Shown here in pieces: positions 46,881 to 55,403 of a stretch of DNA of 64,000 nucleotides; the first letter of the stretch is position 1; each line of letters begins with the position of its first letter. The position numbers and the translations under genes are program-made. The notes beneath the pieces are model-generated. The model had not been told where the DNA came from and made no database searches. It saw only the letters and a list, made by a program, of their open reading frames with translations. Location of the stretch: NCBI GenBank assembly GCA_964392435.1, contig CAYMOY010000002.1, forward strand, positions 247,261 to 311,260, given 5' to 3'. Source of the stretch: Candidatus Micrarchaeota archaeon. Its GTDB lineage: Archaea > Micrarchaeota > Micrarchaeia > Anstonellales > Anstonellaceae.

Positions 46881-46881
46881 C

Positions 46882-47658
46882 GTGATTTCCATGGGCAAAG
46901 TGGAGGAATACATAAAAGATGGAATTGCGCGCAAGGGCGGCCTGCTTTTCGCGCTGATCGACCCTGTGGACTACAAGACGCCGCAAGAGGCAATTTCAGC
47001 CGGCGCGCAGTCAGGGGAGGGCGGGGCAGACATATTGCTAATCGGGGGCAGCATGGGCGCGCAGGGGGAACTTCTGGACGCAGTCACCAAGGGCATACGG
47101 GAAAAGGTGAGCGTGCCGGTGGTGCTTTTCCCAGGGAACATTTCCACAGTCACCCGCCATGCGGATGCGCTTTATTTCATGTCTCTTCTGAACAGCCGCA
47201 ATCCCTATTGGATAAGCCAGGCGCAGATGCTTGCAGCCCCTACTGTGAAAAAGATGGGCATAGAGGCGCTGCCCGTCGGCTACATAGTCATAGAGCCGGG
47301 CGGCACGGTGGGCTTTGTGGGCGAGGTGAACCTTATTCCTCGCGACAGGCCGCAAATAGCGGCCGCGTTCGCATTGTCTGCCCAGATGTCCGGACACCGT
47401 TTCATCCTCACCGACAGCGGCAGCAACCCGCGCACTGGCCACATGCCCCTTGAAATGGTTTCTGCGGTTGCAAAATCAATTTCCGTGCCTTACATAGTGG
47501 GCGGCGGTGTGCGCACCCCCTCAGAGGCGGCTTCGGTAATTTCGGCTGGCGCAGGGGCAATACAGGTTGGCACTGCCCTTGAGAAAGGGGGCGATGTGAA
47601 AAAAAAGGTCTGCCAGCTCGCAAAAGCAATCCACGAGGCAGGGAAGAAAAAGGTTTAG
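46882..47658 (+). CDS. Geranylgeranylglyceryl phosphate synthase
   Basis: LIDP, IGGS, PVVLFPG, FMSLLNSRNPYWI, GYIVIEPG, VGGGVR. Confidence 0.92.
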   Translation: MISMGKVEEYIKDGIARKGGLLFALIDPVDYKTPQEAISAGAQSGEGGADILLIGGSMGAQGELLDAVTKGIREKVSVPVVLFPGNISTVTRHADALYFMSLLNSRNPYWISQAQMLAAPTVKKMGIEALPVGYIVIEPGGTVGFVGEVNLIPRDRPQIAAAFALSAQMSGHRFILTDSGSNPRTGHMPLEMVSAVAKSISVPYIVGGGVRTPSEAASVISAGAGAIQVGTALEKGGDVKKKVCQLAKAIHEAGKKKV

Positions 47659-47666
47659 GGGATAGG

Positions 47667-48272
47667 ATGCCCCAAACGGTTTCTCTTGCAAAAGATTATG
47701 ACGTGGCGCTAGCCCAAGCAAAGCGCGTTCTTCTTGCGGGCGGCACAGTGGTTTACCCGACAGACACACTATATGGAATCGGCTGCGATGCCACCTCTGC
47801 AAAAGCAGTTGAAAAAATCTATGCGCTCAAGCGCCGCGATGGGCGAAAACCGCTCTCCATACTCGTTTCTGACTATGCAATGCTCCTGCAATACTGCGAA
47901 GTTTCAGCCGCGCAGGAGCGGATACTGCACGCGCTGCTCCCCGGCCCCTACACATTCATCCTTCAGCTCAAAAAGCGCCTCCCAGTATCTGAAACGTCCT
48001 CGGTCGGCGTGCGCGTGCCTGAGCACATTTTCATGCGACAGGTGAGCAAGGAGCTGAACATCCCGATTGTTTCAACCTCTGCAAACCTGTCTGGGGAAAA
48101 GGACGCTGCAAAGCTTTCTGGCGTGAACAAGGAAATTTGCGGCAAGGCAGACCTCGTCATAGATGGCGGGAAGTGCGCCTACGCGCAAGGCTCAACGGTA
48201 ATAGACCTTCTCCACATGAAGGTGCTGCGAAAAGGCGCGGTCCGGGAAGGCGACAGATTCGAGCTGGAGTAG
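47667..48272 (+). CDS. tsaC: L-threonylcarbamoyladenylate synthase (TsaC/YrdC, single domain)
   Basis: VYPTDTLYGI, KRR...KPL, PGPYT, GVRVP, STSANLSG, STVID. Confidence 0.93.
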   Translation: MPQTVSLAKDYDVALAQAKRVLLAGGTVVYPTDTLYGIGCDATSAKAVEKIYALKRRDGRKPLSILVSDYAMLLQYCEVSAAQERILHALLPGPYTFILQLKKRLPVSETSSVGVRVPEHIFMRQVSKELNIPIVSTSANLSGEKDAAKLSGVNKEICGKADLVIDGGKCAYAQGSTVIDLLHMKVLRKGAVREGDRFELE

Positions 48273-48279
48273 CGGTGCC

Positions 48280-48897
48280 ATGCGCGAAATTTCCTTTGGT
48301 TCATTGCGCCTGGGTATATCCCCCACGGTCTACGAGCCTGCGGAGGATTCCTTTCTCCTTGCGACATACGCCTCGGGAATAACTGGCGGCAAGCGGATTC
48401 TTGAAATAGGCTGCGGATGCGGCATAGCGGCGATTTCTTCAGCGGCAGCCAGCCCCAAAAACATTGTTTTGGGCGTGGACATCAATCCAGCGGCGGTGGG
48501 GTGCGCGAAGGAAAATGCAGAAAGGAACGGCATAAGGAATTGCAAATTCTTCGCATCAGACCTTTTTTCAGCAGTTTTGCCATCCCCAAAATTCGACTTC
48601 ATCCTTTTCAATCCGCCCTACCTGCCAACCTCGCGCGAGGAAAAGCTCGCGCTTGAAGGCGAAAACGCTGCATATGACGGGGGGGAGTCGGGTCTGGAAA
48701 TATTCTTGCGGTTTGCCGCGCAAGCCCCAAAACATCTCGTTCCAGGCGGAAATGTCTCGGTCATTGCAACCTCCCTTGGCGATGGGATAAAAAAGTCGCA
48801 GGAAGAATTGGGGGTGCGAGTCGGGCCGGCGCAGGTTTTGGCGCAGGAAAGCTTCTTTTTCGAGAAAATCGCGCTTATCGAGGCAACCAAGCGGTGA
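48280..48897 (+). CDS. HemK2/Mtq2-family protein methyltransferase
   Basis: VYEPAEDSFLL, LEIGCGCG, DINP, FNPPY, DGG..G. Confidence 0.92.
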   Translation: MREISFGSLRLGISPTVYEPAEDSFLLATYASGITGGKRILEIGCGCGIAAISSAAASPKNIVLGVDINPAAVGCAKENAERNGIRNCKFFASDLFSAVLPSPKFDFILFNPPYLPTSREEKLALEGENAAYDGGESGLEIFLRFAAQAPKHLVPGGNVSVIATSLGDGIKKSQEELGVRVGPAQVLAQESFFFEKIALIEATKR

Positions 48898-48901
48898 TTG
48901 G

Positions 48902-49738
48902 ATGAACAGAATCGCAATCCAAAAAATATCTGGGGGGAAGGGCAAGAAAGCCCAGCCACCCCTAAAGACAGCGGTGCCCCCTTCAAACCAGCGTTTCCGC
49001 GTGGTGCTTGTAGAACCAGAATACGGGCTGAATGTCGGGGCGGTTGCCAGGGCAATGAAAAACTTCGGCTTTTCAGACCTTGCCATCGTATCCCCCAAAT
49101 GCGACCCCCTCGGATTTGATGCTATAAAATACTCAAAGCACGCAAGGGAAATACTGGAAAGGGCCAAAACCTTCCATTCACTTTCGAAGGCAATATCCGG
49201 CTGCAGGTTTTCAGTTGGGACAACCGGCGTGCTTTATCGCCATTGGCACGAAACCTTCAGGACACCAATCTCGCTTCGTGATTTGAAGGCTAAGCTTCAA
49301 AGGGGGCAAATGGGCAAAATAGCCTTAGTGTTCGGAAACGAGGGGGTCGGGCTGTCAGAAAAGCACATTTCGGCATGCGACCTGATAGTCACAATACCTG
49401 CCAACAAGGAATACCCCATACTCAACCTGAGCCATTCGGTTGCAATCGTGCTCTATGAGCTTTCCAGCCTGCCAGTCCTTGGGTTCACCCCGGCTGGCGT
49501 GGAAGAGAAAAAGCAGCTGATAAAGGCGTTTTCACTTCTGGTTGCCAGATATTCAAAAATAATGCGCAACCCGAAAAAGGTGAGGGTGGCTTTCAGGCGG
49601 ATGGTGGGCAAGGCAATGCTCACAGACAAGGAGTGCGCCTCTGTGCTGGGTGTCCTGCGCAGGGCCAATAGGGAGCTTGGGGAAAAGTGCGGCAGGACAA
49701 GCTCGCGCCTGGCAGATGGCGCCGCCATCAAACCCTAG
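48902..49738 (+). CDS. trmJ: SPOUT tRNA 2'-O-methyltransferase, TrmJ family
   Basis: VVLVEP....NVGAVARAMKNFG, LVFGNE..GL, IPA...YPILNLSHSV. Confidence 0.9.
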   Translation: MNRIAIQKISGGKGKKAQPPLKTAVPPSNQRFRVVLVEPEYGLNVGAVARAMKNFGFSDLAIVSPKCDPLGFDAIKYSKHAREILERAKTFHSLSKAISGCRFSVGTTGVLYRHWHETFRTPISLRDLKAKLQRGQMGKIALVFGNEGVGLSEKHISACDLIVTIPANKEYPILNLSHSVAIVLYELSSLPVLGFTPAGVEEKKQLIKAFSLLVARYSKIMRNPKKVRVAFRRMVGKAMLTDKECASVLGVLRRANRELGEKCGRTSSRLADGAAIKP

Positions 49739-49832
49739 CGCTGGCGCGTTGCCTTGCGAACAGGCAGGTCTTAGTCCAAAACCGCCCTGCTTGCGCTGAT
49801 GATAATGGAAAATGAGAGATGTGCGCCTATCC

Positions 49833-50201
49833 CTACCTCTTCCGGCTGCTCTTGACAATCTTCACTTTTGAAGGAGTGAGCAATATCTTGTCATTGTCAA
49901 TCCTTGCGATGTCGCCGTTTATCTTTGTGACGAACATCTTGATGTTGTCAATGGTCTGCTTGAGCTTATTTGGCTGCTTGCTCATCGGCGTGACGTTGAG
50001 CAATATGATGTTCTTCGCCTTCAACTCGTCCATGATAGTGCTAACATCGTTTTCCGTTTCCAGCGCAATCGGCTTGACATAGAAATCCGCCGCCTCGTGG
50101 AGCACGTCGACATTTTCCATCTCGACGGTGTTCATGTACTCCTCAAGGTTCATTTCCTTGCCCACTCCGATGCTCTTGGTTATCTTTTCGAGAATGCCCA
50201 T
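49833..50201 (-). CDS. sepF: Cell division protein SepF (archaeal)
   Basis: ELKAKNIILLNV...INGDIARI....ILLTPSKVKI; SD GAGGTGA. Confidence 0.9.
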   Translation of the reverse strand: MGILEKITKSIGVGKEMNLEEYMNTVEMENVDVLHEAADFYVKPIALETENDVSTIMDELKAKNIILLNVTPMSKQPNKLKQTIDNIKMFVTKINGDIARIDNDKILLTPSKVKIVKSSRKR

Positions 50202-50312
50202 CTTCTCACCTCAGTAATAGTGGACTGTTATTCGGAGTATAGGTTAATAAGGCTTATTCTTCCCATCAAAATTCCCTGCCACAGTCGGAAAAAAGGCAGG
50301 CAAGGCGCTGCG

Positions 50313-51584
50313 ATGTCACCATCTTTTTCCGAAATCCTCAACAAGCCAACGGTCTTTGCCGACCGCAACGTGCTCTCCCCCCACTATGTGCCGGAAACCC
50401 TGCCATTCCGAGAGGCTGAAATCCGCAAGATAATGGAGGGGGTGTCCCCAGCGCTGAAAGGCGAGCGGCCGCGCAACATGTTCTTGTATGGCAAGACTGG
50501 CACTGGCAAAACCGCATCGGTAAAGCACGTGGTTTCCAAGTTTGATGTGCACAACACCGCTGCCAGCAAGGCCGGCGGTGCTCCCAGCACCTCCAGGGTG
50601 GCGGGGAACGCAGGCCTGGCTCGCGCGGTATACATCAATTGCCGAATGTACAACTCCCGCTACCGCGTTATACAGAAAATAACCAAGGAGCTTTTGCCCG
50701 AGCTTGATTCAATGGGCTTCGGGCTCGCAATGCTCTACGAGAAGATGAGCGGCGAAGTGCTGAGCAGGAAGCTGCATCTCATCGCCGTTCTTGATGAGGT
50801 GGACATGGTAAAGGACCTGGACGACCTCCTCTACACGCTCACCCGCTCCAACGACGAGCTTCCCGCAGGCAGCATCTCGATAATCGGGATTTCCAACAGG
50901 CTCTCCTTCAAGGAGCAGCTCGACCCCCGCTCGCGAAGCTCGCTTTGCGAAAACGAGTTTGTCTTCCCGTCTTACACCGCTCCCCAGATGCAGGCAATAC
51001 TGGAGCAGCGGGTGAAAATCGGTTTCAAGCCGCACACTGTGGAGGAGGGGGCGATAAACCTCATAGCAGCCACCACGTCGCAGGAATCGGGCGATGCGCG
51101 CTATGCTTTGCGGCTGCTTATCAAGTCCGGCGAAATAGCTGATGAAAAAGGGCAGAAGAAGATAACAGACAAGGAAGTGGAGGATGCGCGCCGCTCGGTG
51201 GACAGAGATGTCGCCTTCGAGGCTATTTCCACCCTTCCTGACCACCAGCAACTGGTGCTTCTCGGGGTCGCCAATCTTGCCCTTGACAAGGGCAAGAACA
51301 CGCGCCTGACTGGGGGCTCGCCTGAGGAAGACGACTCATTCCTCACCTCGGGCGAGGTGTATGAGGAGTATTGCAAAGTGGCGCGCAGGTACCGCAAGCC
51401 CCGCCGCTCCGCCCGCTGGTACCGGGAGTACCTCAACGACCTTGAAATGCTCGGGCTGATAACCACTATAGAATCTGGGGTGGGGATGCGGGGCCGCACG
51501 CGCCTCATCCGCATAGGCTACCCGGCGCAGGATGTTAAGAAAATAGTGGAAAAGAATTTCACGATAATAGAGGCAAAGGAGTAG
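50313..51584 (+). CDS. cdc6: Orc1/Cdc6 replication initiator
   Basis: LSPHYVP..LPFRE, YGKTGTGKT, YINC, VLDEVD, LDPR..SSL, GDAR, C-terminal wHTH. Confidence 0.96.
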   Translation: MSPSFSEILNKPTVFADRNVLSPHYVPETLPFREAEIRKIMEGVSPALKGERPRNMFLYGKTGTGKTASVKHVVSKFDVHNTAASKAGGAPSTSRVAGNAGLARAVYINCRMYNSRYRVIQKITKELLPELDSMGFGLAMLYEKMSGEVLSRKLHLIAVLDEVDMVKDLDDLLYTLTRSNDELPAGSISIIGISNRLSFKEQLDPRSRSSLCENEFVFPSYTAPQMQAILEQRVKIGFKPHTVEEGAINLIAATTSQESGDARYALRLLIKSGEIADEKGQKKITDKEVEDARRSVDRDVAFEAISTLPDHQQLVLLGVANLALDKGKNTRLTGGSPEEDDSFLTSGEVYEEYCKVARRYRKPRRSARWYREYLNDLEMLGLITTIESGVGMRGRTRLIRIGYPAQDVKKIVEKNFTIIEAKE

Positions 51585-51590
51585 GTTCTA

Positions 51591-52118
51591 ATGCCGGCAA
51601 GCTTGGATGAAAAAACATTTTCCCTCCTGTTCGAGTCACTCAGCCTCAAGAAGCTTCCCCGCATGGGCTGGCTTATCGAGAAAGCCCCGCACGAGTCATT
51701 GGCAGACCATTCCTTCGGGGCAGCAATAATAGCCCTTGCGCTTGCAAGGATGGAAAAATTGCCTGCGAACGATGAGGCGGCCCTTATCCGCCGCGCCCTT
51801 CTCCACGATTTGCACGAGGCCCGCGTGGGCGACCTCTCACGGCTCCAGCGCCAGTATGTGAAGGCCGATTATTTGAGGGCTGAACAGGAAATGCTTGAAG
51901 GGACGCACCTGGAACCTGAGATAGGGCTTCTCAAGGATGAACAGCTGGCGCTTCTGTCCCACGATGCGGACAAGCTGGACATGCTTTTCCAGGCAATAGA
52001 TTACCTGAACGCTGGCAACCGCAACATGTCTCGGTTCATAGAAGCTGCGCTAGAGCAGATAAAATCCAATTCTGGCAAGAAGCTGGCGAAAATGGCCCTG
52101 GGGAAGATGAAAAAATAG
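51591..52118 (+). CDS. HD-domain hydrolase (5'-deoxynucleotidase-like)
   Basis: LKKLPRMGW, ESLADHSF, LLHDLHEA..GD, DADKLD. Confidence 0.88.
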   Translation: MPASLDEKTFSLLFESLSLKKLPRMGWLIEKAPHESLADHSFGAAIIALALARMEKLPANDEAALIRRALLHDLHEARVGDLSRLQRQYVKADYLRAEQEMLEGTHLEPEIGLLKDEQLALLSHDADKLDMLFQAIDYLNAGNRNMSRFIEAALEQIKSNSGKKLAKMALGKMKK

Positions 52119-52128
52119 GTGCGGGCAG

Positions 52129-52383
52129 ATGGAAATAAGGGAGGCAATCGGCTTTGCTGCCGCCTTTACAACGGCAATAGGCTTTGCCCCGAAGGTCATT
52201 TCTGTCTGGAAAAAGCGCTCTGCGAAGGACATCAGCTGGTGGCTGCTTTCAGTTTTTGCCGCCGATGTGGCTCTTTGGTTCGCTTATGGGTATATGATTT
52301 GGAGCTTGCCGACCATGGTGGCTTCAGCGCTTGTGGGAGCTTTTGTCTTTGAGTTGGCTCTGATAAAGGCGAAATACGGTTGA
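52129..52383 (+). CDS. SemiSWEET-family transporter
   Basis: 84 aa, 3 TMs, IGF.AA..TT..F.P.V...K.RSAKDIS...LW..YG (PK in place of PQ). Confidence 0.8.
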   Translation: MEIREAIGFAAAFTTAIGFAPKVISVWKKRSAKDISWWLLSVFAADVALWFAYGYMIWSLPTMVASALVGAFVFELALIKAKYG

Positions 52384-52384
52384 C

Positions 52385-52672
52385 TCACTGGTCCATCAGT
52401 TCCAGCGCCTTTTTTACTGACATCCCCTCGCGTATCCCCAGGTCGTCAGCCCAGGTGGTGAAGGTCTTTATCTTCGCCTTGAAAAAGTCCTCAAATGTCT
52501 TCACTCCTGTGACAAATGCGGCGACATCCCCGTACTTTTCAGCAGCGTCCTTGGAGACGTAGCTGCAGGCAACATAGCCTTTCTTGGCTTTTACGATAAG
52601 GAGCGGCACATTGCCAAGAGGGAAGCTCACCCCAACATACTCGCGTCCTTCAAAAGTCAGCTTTTCCTCCAT
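52385..52672 (-). CDS. YunC/DUF1805 family protein
   Basis: PLLIVKA.KGYVAC, AA.VTGVKTFED, LGI.EGM. Confidence 0.8.
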   Translation of the reverse strand: MEEKLTFEGREYVGVSFPLGNVPLLIVKAKKGYVACSYVSKDAAEKYGDVAAFVTGVKTFEDFFKAKIKTFTTWADDLGIREGMSVKKALELMDQ

Positions 52673-52706
52673 CCACTCGCCTCCTATTTGAAGTCCAAAA
52701 GGGCTT

Positions 52707-53000
52707 CTACCAGCGCTTGCCAGAATTCCAACTTTCAGACTGGAATCTCTGGGGCCTGTCAGGGCGGCCTGCCTGCCTGATGGCCTTGTTTTTCAGCTTC
52801 TCAAAAATCCTGCGGTGCTTCCCGCAGGATATGCAGTAGTAGTTCTCGATAAAAGTGCTGGACCGTACGTCATCAGCGGTTTTAAGCTCGGTGGAATAGA
52901 CATTCATCTTGCCGAACTTGACTGATTTGTCCTTGGGCATTGTCCTGCCGCACGAAGCGCAAGTCACCAGTCTTTCCCGTCCTCTTGTCTTGTTCGCCAT
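52707..53000 (-). CDS. rps26e: Ribosomal protein eS26
   Basis: RGR...VTCASCGR..PKDK..K...YYCISC..H..I zinc-finger signature. Confidence 0.85.
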   Translation of the reverse strand: MANKTRGRERLVTCASCGRTMPKDKSVKFGKMNVYSTELKTADDVRSSTFIENYYCISCGKHRRIFEKLKNKAIRQAGRPDRPQRFQSESWNSGKRW

Positions 53001-53005
53001 AAATG

Positions 53006-53194
53006 TCACCTTTCCCTAATTTTGATGGCATATCTGCCGGGAGACTTTACCCCCAGCTTCTGCCCGATTTGCGACTTTTCAGGGTCAAGCACGATAAGCT
53101 GACCTGAAAATTTTTCAGTAAGCTCGGTTCCCTGGCAAGCGGGGCAGGAAGCCCCTTCCATCACAAGCAGTCTGCAGTTCTTGCAAGCTTTCAT
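53006..53194 (-). CDS. spt4: Transcription elongation factor Spt4 (RpoE'')
   Basis: KACKNC...CPAC...SG...VLDPEKS.I...PGRYA. Confidence 0.95.
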   Translation of the reverse strand: MKACKNCRLLVMEGASCPACQGTELTEKFSGQLIVLDPEKSQIGQKLGVKSPGRYAIKIRER

Positions 53195-53201
53195 AAAAAA
53201 A

Positions 53202-53798
53202 TCACTTCGTATCCTCTTTCTTCACCTTTTTCTTCTTTTCAGCTGGAGCCTCTCCCTCTGGCTTTTTGGCGGAAAGCCATTCCTCCTTGCCCAGGCCGTC
53301 CGGCCTCATGGTAAGCCCGATTTTGGTCTCAGGTATGCTGCCCTTCATGCTCACAGTTGAAATCTTGGCAAACACATGGTCTGCCTTCTTGAGGGATTTT
53401 TTGCTCTCCCTGCCGGTAAATGACATCGTCTTCTTGTTGTAAGTCAAAAAATCATTTGCAATCTGCGAAAGGTGCACCAGGCCTTCCATGGGACCAAGAG
53501 CCAGGAATGACCCGAACTCCACAACCTCTGAGACTTCGGATTCGACTATCTCGTTGATTTGGGGGATATACGAAAGAACCTCGAATTCAACGTCGTAGTA
53601 GGCGGCGTTGTCGCTAGGTATCACCACCCCGTCGCCTGCTGCCTTGGAATTCCAGACGGCAAGTATCACCCCTGCCTCCTTATCGATGCGCCTCTCATAC
53701 TTTTCGCGCAGTATCTGGGTTAGTGCCTCCTCCAGCTTCATCGAGAAGAACTGGGCAGGAAGGCGAACCCTGTCTTTGCATGTGAGCACGTAGTACAT
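53202..53798 (-). CDS. rpoE1: RNA polymerase subunit Rpo7 (RpoE')
   Basis: VRLP..F, EFG.F...GP.EGLVH.SQI, S1 domain, KIGLTMR..GLGK. Confidence 0.95.
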   Translation of the reverse strand: MYYVLTCKDRVRLPAQFFSMKLEEALTQILREKYERRIDKEAGVILAVWNSKAAGDGVVIPSDNAAYYDVEFEVLSYIPQINEIVESEVSEVVEFGSFLALGPMEGLVHLSQIANDFLTYNKKTMSFTGRESKKSLKKADHVFAKISTVSMKGSIPETKIGLTMRPDGLGKEEWLSAKKPEGEAPAEKKKKVKKEDTK

Positions 53799-54042
53799 AA
53801 GTCCACCATTCGCCCCGCGCCATTCAGCAGCCTTGCAATCCAGGCATAAGTGCCGTGAAAATCGCCAAAGTGCGCCTTTCGGCTTTCAACACAGGCAGAG
53901 CCTGTATCCTAGGGGCTTGTTCCTCCCCCGTTATGCCGAAGAATGTTTAAAAATGGCACCTATTCTGCAAATTAAGGCGACAATGGGCAACTGGATGCTC
54001 ATCGCCCAATGCAAGGTAAATGTTCCAGGTGCAAAAAAGGGC

Positions 54043-54888
54043 CTATTTTGCCTGCAGATAGGCTTTCTGCAGCGCAAGCGCATCCTTTTCAATCAGGGGC
54101 GACTCGCAAATCACTTTGCCCCCCCAGCCGTTTTCCTTCCAGGCTTGCGCAAGCGGGGCAAAGGGCGGCGAGCCAGACGAAACAGGCAAATGGTTCCGCT
54201 CGCCCTTGTCTGAAAACTCTATCCCCGAAAAGTGGCAGTGAAATTTCTTAGAGGCGCCCGAGCCAAGTTTTTTCTCAACTTTTGAGAGAATAGACAAGTA
54301 ATCCTCCTTTGTTTTCAATTTTCCTTCTCTGGCATGATAGTGCGCGTAATCAATGACTGGTACCATCATTTCCAGCCCGAAGTGCTCTGCCAAGTCAATT
54401 ATCTCATCAAGCGAGCCATAGGCGGACTTCTTACCTGTAAGCTCTGCCCCCAGGACAACGCCGTGTATCTTGCGCGCTTCCATTTCCTCCAGGCATTTTT
54501 CATAAGTGGCAATCACCAGCTTCCTGCACTCTTCTGCGCTTCTTCCCATGTAATGCCCGGTGTGGATAACGATTGGCGAGGCGCCAAGCCAATAGGCTGC
54601 CTGCGCAGTGGAAACAATGTAATTCACGCTGGCGTGCAGCTTGGGCTTTTCCTTTGCGCAGCAGTTTATGTAGTACGGAGCATGGCAGGAAAGAAGCACA
54701 TCATTTTCCTTGGCAACAGCGCCAGCAGCGCGCGCCTTTTCCTCCCCCATGTTCACCCCGTGCACGAACTCAATCTCCATTGCGCCAAGCCCGAGCTGAC
54801 GGCAGTATTCAATGCCAGCTGCCGTTCCCTCGCCAGGCGTTTCAATAGGGATGCCAGCAGGGCCAAATCGTATCTGGGAGGAAGCCAT
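54043..54888 (-). CDS. Endonuclease IV-like TIM-barrel protein
   Basis: FGPAG.P, EIEFV, HAPYYIN, ELTGK...GSLDE, IDYAH.HAR, HCHFSGI...GE..H, ICESP. Confidence 0.85.
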   Translation of the reverse strand: MASSQIRFGPAGIPIETPGEGTAAGIEYCRQLGLGAMEIEFVHGVNMGEEKARAAGAVAKENDVLLSCHAPYYINCCAKEKPKLHASVNYIVSTAQAAYWLGASPIVIHTGHYMGRSAEECRKLVIATYEKCLEEMEARKIHGVVLGAELTGKKSAYGSLDEIIDLAEHFGLEMMVPVIDYAHYHAREGKLKTKEDYLSILSKVEKKLGSGASKKFHCHFSGIEFSDKGERNHLPVSSGSPPFAPLAQAWKENGWGGKVICESPLIEKDALALQKAYLQAK

Positions 54889-54936
54889 AATCACACCAGT
54901 TTTTCATTCTGGCCCGGCATTTGCCAGGCTGCCATA

Positions 54937-55347
54937 TCACACCAATTTTTCATCTTCCTCAGTCAATTTCCTGCCCAGGTGCTTGTAAAGCGCCAGCTTG
55001 AAAACCTTTAGCGGCAGAAGCGCGCACTTGAGCCTGGTCGGGCCAGGGTCAATGCCAAGAAGGGAAAGCACCTGCTCCTTGCCAATTTTCTGCGCCTGCC
55101 CAAGAGTTTTCCCCTTTGCCTCCTCTGTTATCATGGAGGCAGAGGCAGTGCAGATTGCGCACGCGGTTGCATTGAACGCTATGCTGGATATCTTTCCCTC
55201 CTTTATCGCAAGCTGCATGCTCACAACATCCCCGCACAGCGGATTGGAGTCCTGCGCCTCGGAGTCGGGCTTTTCCAGCACTCCCTGATTCCGAGGCCTC
55301 TTGTAATGGTCAAGTATGTTCTCGCGGTACATGTCCGGCGTTGCCAT
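54937..55347 (-). CDS. sufU: Fe-S cluster scaffold/sulfur-transfer protein SufU/IscU
   Basis: YRENILDHY..PRN.G, NPLCGD, CAIC.ASAS, RLKCA. Confidence 0.9.
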   Translation of the reverse strand: MATPDMYRENILDHYKRPRNQGVLEKPDSEAQDSNPLCGDVVSMQLAIKEGKISSIAFNATACAICTASASMITEEAKGKTLGQAQKIGKEQVLSLLGIDPGPTRLKCALLPLKVFKLALYKHLGRKLTEEDEKLV

Positions 55348-55403
55348 GCAATCACTGTCTGTTCCAAATTATTTTCCGCGCCAAGCTTCTCATCAGTGCC
55401 GAT

